DNA from: Candidatus Thorarchaeota archaeon
Lineage (GTDB): Archaea; Asgardarchaeota; Heimdallarchaeia; Hodarchaeales; Hodarchaeaceae
Assembly (NCBI GenBank): GCA_048882505.1
Contig: JBHLRO010000002.1
Span: 240,001 to 272,000 of the forward strand
Length of the DNA stretch: 32,000 bases
Reading direction: 5' to 3'
Both the position numbers and the translations under genes were made by a program. Below, in pieces: positions 1-8,484 of this stretch. The first letter of the stretch is position 1; each line of letters begins with the position of its first letter. Under the pieces are notes generated by a model that was not told the origin of the DNA, did not search any database, and saw nothing but the letters and a program-made list of their open reading frames with translations.

Positions 1-1561
1 GAAGTAATAATTCTCCTGTTCCTTTTCCAAATTGAAAATCAGTGATTGTTCTGAGGAATAAGAGACGGCTGGAGGATGTTTCCTTCACAGTAATCCCTCC
101 AAAAGCGGCCCTTAAGAGAGAGCTGAACTGTTGAAGACTTTTAGGGGACGTTAGAGTGCCGACATCGGGGTCGGCCAGTTGAATAGTCCGATCTTCTTGT
201 TCACAAGCTTCAGCTAAGATTTCACGATCGGTTCCCCTTACAAAACCGACAAGGGGAAGAGATGGATCAAGTTTCGATAAAAGGTTCCGAATATCTTCGG
301 TTATATGATTTTTCTCTTCAATTGTCCAATAATCGGTCACAGGTATGTCATAATGTCCCGCGGGATATGTATATTCTAGTTCTCGGGGCACCACTCCTAA
401 AGGACTGGTCAAAATTATTTGTTGGATCAAATGGCGTCTGCGTTTTAGGGCCCGTTTTATTATGCCCTTAAATTTGGCATGCGATTTTGATAAAGAATAT
501 GGCTTTTTGGCGGAACACGGGAGAAATATTATTCCCTCTGTCATAGGCGAGGGAAAATAACGTGAACGTATCCGTTCCCGAAAGGAGGAGACTTCGGGTC
601 TAGTGAAGTCTGTTTCATCGGTACACAATAGTCGTTGGTTTCGATATAATGGTGTTCCCTCTAACGGGATATCCTGGTCAATTCGACGCAGAATAGCTTT
701 AAGAGGTGGATAAGAATTTGCAAAAACCCTTACCAAATCCCGTAAGGTTCCTTCCATGAGTGCTTTTTTTGTCTGGTCTAGAGTATCAATGAATTTGATG
801 AAAGAAAGATTATGCTCAAATGTTACACTAGATTGATAGGATTTGGCGGCTGAAATCAATTCCAACTGCAAAAAGTCGAAAATATCAACTCCGAGGTACA
901 CCAATATGGGGATGTATGTGATTGGAATACCAGGAGCATACAATAATCGTCGTGGAGATATCCATGACCTAATTCGATGAACATATTTGATAAATAATTT
1001 GGGATCTGAGACAACAGCTGAAAGATCCCCTAAGCTGATCCCCACAATCGATTTGGCCGTCAATTTTGGAAGGTCATTCTCAAGAATTTCTTTTCTAAGT
1101 GGCACATTTAGGAATAATTGCAAGTTATTGGAAGGATTTTGCTCTTCAAGACTGTTAAGAACTGTAACATATTCACTAAATCGATCGAGATAGATAGTAG
1201 GTAAATCCCAGGGGATTAAATGAAAGGACTGATAGGAAGTGGATTTTTGGACAGTATTTTCAGGAAAAAGATCCGTAATCTGTCTGATATCATGTAATGA
1301 CTTTCCCTGAACCTGCAGCGAGGGATATACATAACAATCTGGAAACTTAGGATAATCTATTGCGTTTTGTAAGTTTGTATTGTCCGAATGATAGGATTCG
1401 CTTGTATTGAGGGTCGGAATTCGTGTGAATCCAAGAAAATCGGGTTGTGATGTTGGAAATACTGATGGACAGAGATTAACGAAGGTTGGTGTTACTAGGT
1501 TCCATTCTTTCCAAATGCCTGTTCTTCCCTGACCATCACATCTGTTGATTTCAAAGTTCAT
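1..1561 (-). CDS. arcS: Archaeosine synthase ArcS (TgtA2 family), 3'-truncated by the window edge (PUA domain expected beyond base 1)
   Basis: Not in the ORF track. I translated it by hand from ATG at 1561; it is open for about 520 codons to the window edge. TGT-like N-terminus MNFEINRCDGQGRTG..TPT, LLYAPG..LVYLGVDIFD, RPEV..F..R, and the ArcS signatures LPCSAKKPYSLSKSH, TSPLGVVPRELEYTYPAGHYDIPVT, and DFQFGKG just before the expected PUA domain. Confidence 0.9.
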   Translation of the reverse strand, partial: MNFEINRCDGQGRTGIWKEWNLVTPTFVNLCPSVFPTSQPDFLGFTRIPTLNTSESYHSDNTNLQNAIDYPKFPDCYVYPSLQVQGKSLHDIRQITDLFPENTVQKSTSYQSFHLIPWDLPTIYLDRFSEYVTVLNSLEEQNPSNNLQLFLNVPLRKEILENDLPKLTAKSIVGISLGDLSAVVSDPKLFIKYVHRIRSWISPRRLLYAPGIPITYIPILVYLGVDIFDFLQLELISAAKSYQSSVTFEHNLSFIKFIDTLDQTKKALMEGTLRDLVRVFANSYPPLKAILRRIDQDIPLEGTPLYRNQRLLCTDETDFTRPEVSSFRERIRSRYFPSPMTEGIIFLPCSAKKPYSLSKSHAKFKGIIKRALKRRRHLIQQIILTSPLGVVPRELEYTYPAGHYDIPVTDYWTIEEKNHITEDIRNLLSKLDPSLPLVGFVRGTDREILAEACEQEDRTIQLADPDVGTLTSPKSLQQFSSLLRAAFGGITVKETSSSRLLFLRTITDFQFGKGTGELLL

Positions 1562-1820
1562 TGAAAGTTCGTTCTCTTTGGTGTAATTTCATTCAATAGA
1601 ATTCGACTTACGATGGATTTTTTATTTTCGCCTCATATTTTTCGGAAAACTAGTTAATCTGGATGAACTGAGAAGTAACTAGGATCTGATAACTCCAACA
1701 TGATATGGCGGTTAATGAGGTAAACTCCCCCGCTTTTAATCCAATCCTTGTTGTCACCCAATTCTATCAAAACAAAAGCTGAATAGAAAACTAGGTTACC
1801 ATAGAAGAAGAGAAATAGCT

Positions 1821-3224
1821 TTGAACACGATTATTGACGATAACGCCCTATTAGGGTATTTTCGACCTCGTGGAAAAATAGTTTGCATCGGAGATATCCC
1901 CTCTGCTATGGATATCATCCGAGAGTACTTGGATGTAAGAGAAGAGGCACGCTTGCCGCTATTACACCTAACCTCTCATCCTGTCTCGGATGACTTATGT
2001 GATCAAATCATTGTTTTCAATTCTGAAACCGTTTTGTCTCAAGTACATAATCTTTTAAACGCCTATTTCCTACTTTTTATTTTTGATTCCTCCGATACAT
2101 ATACACTTCCAATTCTGATGGGAGTTCTTGACTCAATTCGAAATAACGGGGCGATCCCTCTTCTGATCGATATCGGGACGGGTTTCGAAAAAGAAGGTCA
2201 AAAATTAATTCCAGGAAGCTATTTCCACCTGGATTCCAAAGAAGAGCAATCCCGTTGGGAATTTCTTGTACTCTTAGATTCTATTATCTCAGTTTTTCAA
2301 TCTCCAAAGGGACTAGGTGTAACTTTTTCTGATCTCATTCAGATTTTTGGAAAAACAGAACAGTTATTCTACGGATTTTCATCATCTCCTGCTCTTGAAA
2401 CTTGCACGATGGATGCAATAGATAAAATTGGACAAATGTTGGCGATCGGTCATCCTGAAGACCTTAAAAGCCTCGAAATTCTCTTCGTCACAGTCCATTC
2501 GCAGGATCCTTTAAGTTTGAAAGAAATGAATAGAATTGTTGAGCGATTCTCAGCTGCATTTGGAAAAGATCTCCAAAATCATTTTTCGAATGTGGTAGGA
2601 TCTTGTTTTCCCGAATATACAATGGCTCTCATGCTGACAGATAACCATCCGATCGAAACAGTATTGCCACCCCTTCTCCAAGAGATAGATGCCTTGATAA
2701 CCTCGTTGGATACTTCGCAAGGCGCTAATGTTGTCGATACTAGCGATTCCGATATTGAAAATTCTCCTGAGGAAGATGTACGATATAAAGTACTTGGACA
2801 AATTTTTACGGAGTCCGAAGTTTATATCTTTGAAGATGGAGGGTTACCTCTTTTTGCAAGCCATCGTCCAGCTGGACAAGAAGTTTGTTTGTACACGGGG
2901 TTGTTTTCGGCAATTCAATCAATGAGTTCCGATCTAATTGGACATACTCCAGATCATTTGACCGCAGGCGACAAACAATGTGTTTTTACATCCCAAATCG
3001 GCCCTGATAACGCACAACTTAGAGGAGTAGCCATATACGCAGAAGGTAACGAACGTCATGCGCGTAAAGATCTGGAATTTACGATGAACATAGTTAAGAC
3101 TCTCCTAGGACAAGGAGAACCTGCATATGCCGTTAATGATCTGGTTCAACAATTTTTGATCCAAGAATTCCAAAAAGGATCAATTAACACCCTATTACAG
3201 AGAGGAAACTACCACGCAAGTTGA
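1821..3224 (+). CDS. Degenerate FtsZ/tubulin-fold protein (aa ~18-275) fused to a C-terminal longin-like domain (aa ~330-455)
   Basis: FtsZ-like motifs in the correct order: KIVCIG, GFEKEGQK (cf. PFxxEGxxR), PKGLGVTFSDL (cf. T7 loop PGLINLDFADV), LFYGFSSS, LFVTVHSQDPLSLKEMNRIV (cf. LIxITGxxDLTLxE), terminal TMALMLTD (cf. RVTVIATG). The GGGTGTG loop is absent. The C-terminal VYIFEDGGLPLF...LYTGLFSAIQSMSSDL matches the Asgard longin-like pattern. TTG start. Confidence 0.7.
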   Translation: MNTIIDDNALLGYFRPRGKIVCIGDIPSAMDIIREYLDVREEARLPLLHLTSHPVSDDLCDQIIVFNSETVLSQVHNLLNAYFLLFIFDSSDTYTLPILMGVLDSIRNNGAIPLLIDIGTGFEKEGQKLIPGSYFHLDSKEEQSRWEFLVLLDSIISVFQSPKGLGVTFSDLIQIFGKTEQLFYGFSSSPALETCTMDAIDKIGQMLAIGHPEDLKSLEILFVTVHSQDPLSLKEMNRIVERFSAAFGKDLQNHFSNVVGSCFPEYTMALMLTDNHPIETVLPPLLQEIDALITSLDTSQGANVVDTSDSDIENSPEEDVRYKVLGQIFTESEVYIFEDGGLPLFASHRPAGQEVCLYTGLFSAIQSMSSDLIGHTPDHLTAGDKQCVFTSQIGPDNAQLRGVAIYAEGNERHARKDLEFTMNIVKTLLGQGEPAYAVNDLVQQFLIQEFQKGSINTLLQRGNYHAS

Positions 3225-3229
3225 ATTCT

Positions 3230-3862
3230 TCAGCGTGATTTTGGTAAAGAATCATAAGATTGGCGATAGATCTTCTCAACGTGTGTAAACTCTTCAATTA
3301 GCTCGACGATCTTGTTTGGTTCGATATAGATTTCAGAAGACCATAAAACTAAGTAAGCCGTGATGTGAGCCGGCTGTAAGGCTATCATGTCCTGGATTTC
3401 AGTAATGATTGCTTGACGAAGAGATAATTCCGTTTCGTACATATCTACAATCTTTTGGATAGTCCGCTCAGCCTGCTCAATAACCTCTAGGTCATGTTCT
3501 CCTCCCACAGGGTTTTCGCCTAAAACCTTTTTCTTGGCAAGCTCCGAAAAATCAAGCCGGAATTGTGTTTCGATTTTCCGCATCTCTTTTAATACGTCAG
3601 AAAATTGAGAGAGATAGCGATTCAAATCAGCGAGGTTTTTATTGATGATTTCGGCCAGTCGATATGCAAGTCGATCTGGTATATCCTCAAATTTCTTTAA
3701 CAATGATTCAGAAAAGACTTCGGGTCTCGCTTGAACCATATTCAGTCGTGAAAGCACTGTCAAGATCGAATTGACCGTCCGTAATGAGTGGTTTTGGATT
3801 TGGTTCCACTTTTTTTGACTTAATTGAAGCCTTTTTTTGACAATTCGAACCGAAGAGTGCAC
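3230..3862 (-). CDS. All-helical hypothetical protein, possible C1orf109/AIRIM (CA109-like) family
   Basis: 210-aa ORF with heptad helices, convergent with the previous gene (5-nt gap). The pattern W..IQ...L....SI...L.RL..VQ ... MYETELSLRQAII ... W resembles plant and animal C1orf109-like proteins as I recall them. Confidence 0.6.
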   Translation of the reverse strand: MHSSVRIVKKRLQLSQKKWNQIQNHSLRTVNSILTVLSRLNMVQARPEVFSESLLKKFEDIPDRLAYRLAEIINKNLADLNRYLSQFSDVLKEMRKIETQFRLDFSELAKKKVLGENPVGGEHDLEVIEQAERTIQKIVDMYETELSLRQAIITEIQDMIALQPAHITAYLVLWSSEIYIEPNKIVELIEEFTHVEKIYRQSYDSLPKSR

Positions 3863-4088
3863 ATTTATCGCCAGATTTGGCTGTTATGGTTTTTATGTTT
3901 ACCAAACTGTGGTTTCGATCAGAGTGGAATGAAATTGCTTTTTAAGTTGAGAAGTTGAGTATCAATTATTACTCGGTAGGATCCTGTCCCCCGAGTTTTT
4001 AAAACATTGTTATTGTTCTCTCGTTATTATAACTTTTATTGAGAAATCCTGATCCATAGAACCTATAGGAGAACCAATTGGATAAAAA

Positions 4089-6281
4089 GTGTCTGCAACG
4101 ATGAAAAACCTTATTTCTTCACCCATTGGCCGTTTTTCACCATTTTTTTCAGGAAATCGCTCTTCTAAACCAGTTCTAACGCTTTTGTGGATAGTTTTGA
4201 TTCTCCTTATCACCCAAATAGACGGGGTTCCTATCCATGCAGAAAATAAATCGAACGGGTTTCCCAATCAAATCATCTTGACTCACGGTGTTCCCCAAAT
4301 CGGAACGTTTTCGAATACAACAATGTCTCATAACTGGAAAATTGAAAATGTTGATACAGGTCAGGAAGTTTATCTTTCTGTAACTCCTCATCCTCCATAT
4401 TTGAAATCTGAATTCAGTGTAGGACTTTATAGACCCGAAGGACAGCTATATACTTCCCTTCTGTCTGAAATTCCTAATCCTTCCTCCTATCTAGTATTCT
4501 TCACAGCCCCTAGTGCAGGGGACTGGATATTCCAAATTAACGATACGCGGATCCTCCGAGACACAAATGCTACCTATGAGGTAATAGTGTCCATACCCAC
4601 ATCAGGATATAATGAGAATACAGCGGTTGAGGTTAGGCAGACCATTAAAACAAAAAATTTTACCACTCCCCATGAAATTCATTATTGGAAGGTTGACTTA
4701 GAGGAAAATCAGAATGGAACCTTGTTCTTGAAGGAAGTTGATTTGAACGTCCTTTTTGAAGCTTGGCTATTCATTTTTCCAAGTAGTAGCCCTTTTAATC
4801 CGATTCTCTCTGAAACTCAAATCCAAGGATCACATAACTTCTCCTGGAATGCTGGGTCTCAGGATACCTACATCATACGACTCACACACAATCCCCAAGA
4901 AATTACTCCTATTGGGCAGTATAACATCTCTTTTGAGGCTGAGCAGGATCTTTATAGCTTTCAGACTGCGGGAGAGTTGCAGGATAACCATACTACTATT
5001 GTAAGAATCACACAGGGATTTCCACGAAAAATTTACTACTTCTCGTTTCGAGTAAACCATAGCAGAGCGGAAATATTCATTCGGATATTTGAAGACAATC
5101 GTACAACATCGAAGGTTCTCGACTTCGCCAAAATCGAAATATATGACGAAGGGGGGCAAAATAGAATTATTAGTGTGGATGAAGTAGACCAGGATCGAGA
5201 TGGCGAAATAAATATTACAGTACTTATACTCGAGATCGGTAGGTATTATGTTGTTGTCATCCCCGAATCCAATAATGTGGGAGTTTTTAAGATTCATTTG
5301 GAAATTCGGCCGCCTCAACCTTTCCTCTGGGATATATCTGGACTTTTTTTGATAGTCAGTACTCTAATAGGCCTTCCTGGTTACTTGATCTATCTGGATA
5401 CGAAAGGAAAATGGTTTCGGGTCAGTCAATGGGTCGTTCCAGCAGACCGAAAGGAAACCTATAGACTGCTAAAGGATAGTTTTAGAGGAATATTTAATCT
5501 AGAAGAGGTTCCTGAAGATTCTATCCTAATCCGAGTCGCGAGTATTCCTGTGTCTACCTATGCTCTAATTAGTTGTGTTGAATCAACTGAAGAGGAGACC
5601 TTGGTATTTTCCAAACGGTTACGCAGAAAGCCCGAATGGATAATCTATTTTTTTATAGGCGCAATCCTTTATGCAAGTCTAAATATTCTAAGTTATCTGT
5701 TTCTCTTCCAGCATTTTCTCCCCTTCTATATAGACGGAATTACAAATCTTCTGCTTGTCCTGATTCTCCCTCTGACCGTTCTGGGAATTCCTGTACTATT
5801 CGTGAATGTGTCTCCAATTTTTGCATATAATCAGCTCAATAACCGCCTCTCTTATGTTATGCAAAACTACCAAAGGGCTTCCGATTCCGGAATAGAACCT
5901 GTTCAGCAATTAGATCTCGATCAAATAATCAAGAATATCAATTATGTCAGGGTGTTATGGAATCAAGCTAAGCGAGCTTTCAAGGAAAAGAACTACGAGC
6001 TCTTTGTAATAAAAGCCGACACCGCTGTCAAAAACCTCCTCTTTGTGCGCTACCAACAGATCGTCTCGCTGAGTCTTCTATCTAAGCCAGATTTTACAAT
6101 GCAGGTTGAAGAACTCAGAACGCATGGGTATGATCTACCTAGTAGCAAAAAGATTATACATTACCGAAATATAAGGAACCGTATTGTGCATTCTTCTGTG
6201 ACACTTGGAGAAAAAGAGTCGATTGATTGCTACGCGTACTACAGCACATTTATTACGCGACTTGGATTGCGACCAACATAG
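4089..6281 (+). CDS. Membrane protein: signal peptide, ~3 extracellular PPC/beta-sandwich repeats, 3 TM helices, C-terminal HEPN-like domain
   Basis: Hydrophobic N-terminal segment (VLTLLWIVLILLI), beta-rich repeats (VGLYRPEG, AGDWIFQI, YIIRL, GRYYVVV), TM segments at aa ~415-437, ~518-540 and ~552-580. The C-terminal helical domain (AKRAFKEKNYELFVIKADTAVKNLL...RNIRNRIVHS...) carries an R-x4-H motif at nt 6174-6191. Confidence 0.7.
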   Translation: MSATMKNLISSPIGRFSPFFSGNRSSKPVLTLLWIVLILLITQIDGVPIHAENKSNGFPNQIILTHGVPQIGTFSNTTMSHNWKIENVDTGQEVYLSVTPHPPYLKSEFSVGLYRPEGQLYTSLLSEIPNPSSYLVFFTAPSAGDWIFQINDTRILRDTNATYEVIVSIPTSGYNENTAVEVRQTIKTKNFTTPHEIHYWKVDLEENQNGTLFLKEVDLNVLFEAWLFIFPSSSPFNPILSETQIQGSHNFSWNAGSQDTYIIRLTHNPQEITPIGQYNISFEAEQDLYSFQTAGELQDNHTTIVRITQGFPRKIYYFSFRVNHSRAEIFIRIFEDNRTTSKVLDFAKIEIYDEGGQNRIISVDEVDQDRDGEINITVLILEIGRYYVVVIPESNNVGVFKIHLEIRPPQPFLWDISGLFLIVSTLIGLPGYLIYLDTKGKWFRVSQWVVPADRKETYRLLKDSFRGIFNLEEVPEDSILIRVASIPVSTYALISCVESTEEETLVFSKRLRRKPEWIIYFFIGAILYASLNILSYLFLFQHFLPFYIDGITNLLLVLILPLTVLGIPVLFVNVSPIFAYNQLNNRLSYVMQNYQRASDSGIEPVQQLDLDQIIKNINYVRVLWNQAKRAFKEKNYELFVIKADTAVKNLLFVRYQQIVSLSLLSKPDFTMQVEELRTHGYDLPSSKKIIHYRNIRNRIVHSSVTLGEKESIDCYAYYSTFITRLGLRPT

Positions 6282-6408
6282 AAGTCAATTTTTAATCCAT
6301 AGGCTCTCGAGTTCTAATTCCTTATGATTGCACTAAAGGACAACTTTATTTAAAAGAATGAGCATTTTACCGTTAAAGAAACCATTGAAGCTCTAGGATG
6401 GTTATCTA

Positions 6409-6693
6409 GTGTCGGAGACGGTTTTAGCTAATTTACCTAGATCGGCCAAAGAAGTCTATAGTATTATCATTAACGAGGGTCCTTTGAGCTCAAAAGAAAT
6501 CGTCAAAAAAGTCTCGTGTTCAACTCGGTCGGTCAGGTATGCTTTAAAATTGCTGCTTGACCAGGAATATGTCAGAAAATATCCCTGTTTAAATGATATG
6601 AGACAGACGCTCTATTCTGTCACTCCCCACCTCCCGAGGGCTACGATAGAGCGTTTGAAGTGGGAATTAATGATTATGACACGGGTTAAGTAA
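6409..6693 (+). CDS. Winged helix-turn-helix transcriptional regulator (archaeal MarR-like)
   Basis: LPRSAKEVY..I.NEGPLSSKEIV......RSVRYALKLL.....V......DMRQTLY matches the common archaeal small wHTH family. GTG start. Confidence 0.85.
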   Translation: MSETVLANLPRSAKEVYSIIINEGPLSSKEIVKKVSCSTRSVRYALKLLLDQEYVRKYPCLNDMRQTLYSVTPHLPRATIERLKWELMIMTRVK

Positions 6694-6741
6694 TATCCTC
6701 TGCCTGTTCTGTTCTCTGAGTACATAAAAACGTTTTTATCA

Positions 6742-8010
6742 TCAACGACCGCCAATCTTCAGAGAACATTTGGCTAAACGTTTATTCTGGACGTACCCCG
6801 CTGCTTTAACGATGTGTCCATCGAAATGGGTGAGCTCCAGTGAGAACTGAATTTTTAATTCATAGGAAAAGACTTCTCCTTGCCCTAAGACACCAATCGT
6901 CTTCTGCCCTGTACCTAAATCCAGTTCAACTCCATCTGGGATTTCCATAATAATTTTCAGATCCTGTAAACTAGTTTTGCCTATATTTTCCGCACTGATA
7001 GTAATCATATATTCATGATCCTCTTCTATGGTTTCAGATACCATAGAGAGCTGTAATGCAGGGGGTGCTTCTTTGATAGAGGCAGTTACGGTTTTTGATA
7101 TCACTGAATATTCCTGGGTCGTATTATGGTCAGCGGGAATTCGATAAACGACTGTTAACGGGCCTATAATCCATTCACCTGGTAAATTAGGAATCAATGA
7201 GTAATGAACAGTTTGACTTGTGCCTTCTGTTAAGGTAATGGGTAGTTGTGGTAGGATTGACGACACTATTCTTCCGTGTGAGCCGATTCTCAAGCTGATG
7301 GATGCGATCGCTAGTTCAGCATATACCGTGAAAGATCCAGAAACCGAAAAAGGTGAGCCTTTCTCAAGAGATTTTGAGCTATCATGTGTAAGGGATGTTA
7401 CCTGACACAGGGAAAGGCGTTGCATAAAATGCTCTGCTTCCTGTTTCACAGGTAAAAACTCCCTAGGCAAATCTATATCAGGCAAGGGTTTTTTTTGAAC
7501 ATATGTATCTTGTGCATGAATCAACTCCCATGTGGTGTCGATAGCTTCTTTATATTCATCATTTACCTCATGATCTAGCTTTTCATAAAGCGGTATTAGC
7601 TTGTCAAGGTCATTCTCCCCCAAAAATATCAAGAATTTCATAAACAAAAACTTGGAAACCGGAATGATGGGCTTAGGGCTAGATTTGGCCACCGCTATGG
7701 CGCGGTTAACGTCTGTCATAACCAATCTAGATGGTTTTGTATTCTTATTGGATAATTTTAGAAGAATTAATTGATAATATAGTTCTGTGGCCTTCTCAAA
7801 CAAGAAAGCTTTTTCTGCACAAAGAGCAGCGTTGTCCAGTGCCATTATTTGCATATCAACGTTACTTAACTTTTTGAAGGCCTTTTCAAACGATTTGAGG
7901 GCTGATTTGAAATTTCGCTGGTCAAAGGCTTTTTGTCCTTTTTTCAGCTCAACACGTGGATCAACACGAAATATGCGACGAATAAGGTACATCGGATCAT
8001 CTTCCGTCAA
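6742..8010 (-). CDS. TPR/alpha-solenoid N-terminus plus two C-terminal Ig-like beta-sandwich domains; probably cytosolic
   Basis: TPR pattern (KGQKAFDQRNFKSALKSFEKA; NAALCAEKAFLFEKATELY), then beta-sandwich motifs (YSLIPNLPGEWIIGPLTVVY; ITISAENIGKTSLQDLKIIMEIPDGV; IGVLGQGE). No signal peptide. ATG at 7992 is an alternative start. Confidence 0.65.
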   Translation of the reverse strand: MTEDDPMYLIRRIFRVDPRVELKKGQKAFDQRNFKSALKSFEKAFKKLSNVDMQIMALDNAALCAEKAFLFEKATELYYQLILLKLSNKNTKPSRLVMTDVNRAIAVAKSSPKPIIPVSKFLFMKFLIFLGENDLDKLIPLYEKLDHEVNDEYKEAIDTTWELIHAQDTYVQKKPLPDIDLPREFLPVKQEAEHFMQRLSLCQVTSLTHDSSKSLEKGSPFSVSGSFTVYAELAIASISLRIGSHGRIVSSILPQLPITLTEGTSQTVHYSLIPNLPGEWIIGPLTVVYRIPADHNTTQEYSVISKTVTASIKEAPPALQLSMVSETIEEDHEYMITISAENIGKTSLQDLKIIMEIPDGVELDLGTGQKTIGVLGQGEVFSYELKIQFSLELTHFDGHIVKAAGYVQNKRLAKCSLKIGGR

Positions 8011-8061
8011 CTAAATGAGATTAAAGTCGCTTGATAGCCAAGATTCTTGATATCCGTCCCC

Positions 8062-8484
8062 TCATCTTCGAACAGATCTCTCCAATACCATCCTGAGCTC
8101 CTTCTCGCGCTCTTTAAGCGTTTCAATCACTTTTTTCTTTAATTCTCGTGGATTTTTTTCATGTTTTCCAATTTCCCACACTCTTCGTGATAGCTCGTCA
8201 TCTCCCAGAACGTAATTTATCCACAATGCGATGTCAGACCTCACGACCGGACCGTTCAACTGCTCATCAAACAATCCCGACATTGTTTCCCGGAAAACGT
8301 GAAACTGTAAAATTGTAGGTGGGATATCGTGTAGTGTAGAGATTAGCTCAGAGAGATTTGATACTGTAGCAAGTACGCTCCCTTTACTTCCACGGATTTT
8401 GAACATCAAGGAGGTGGGGCATTTTTTGAAGGCATCTTGGGCGATGGTCTGGGCCAATTCACCTGTACTTGACACTAGAATCAC
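8062..8484 (-). CDS. DUF5752-like small helical protein
   Basis: SNLSELISTLHDIPPTILQFH....SDIALWINYVLGDDELSRRV resembles the DUF5752 / GH57 C-terminal module (A.SL.EL...L.......H...DF..W....LGD.ELA). Confidence 0.55.
   Translation of the reverse strand: MILVSSTGELAQTIAQDAFKKCPTSLMFKIRGSKGSVLATVSNLSELISTLHDIPPTILQFHVFRETMSGLFDEQLNGPVVRSDIALWINYVLGDDELSRRVWEIGKHEKNPRELKKKVIETLKEREKELRMVLERSVRR

Noticed and set aside
262-1193. Plus-strand ORFs 262-471 and 987-1193
   Set aside because: They are antisense to the long ArcS frame and show no motifs.
2550-5830. Short overlapping ORFs (2550-2801, 2728-2925, 3708-3905, 4010-4267, 4176-4391, 4756-5004, 4830-5318, 5636-5830)
   Set aside because: They are shadow or alternative-frame ORFs inside well-supported longer genes.
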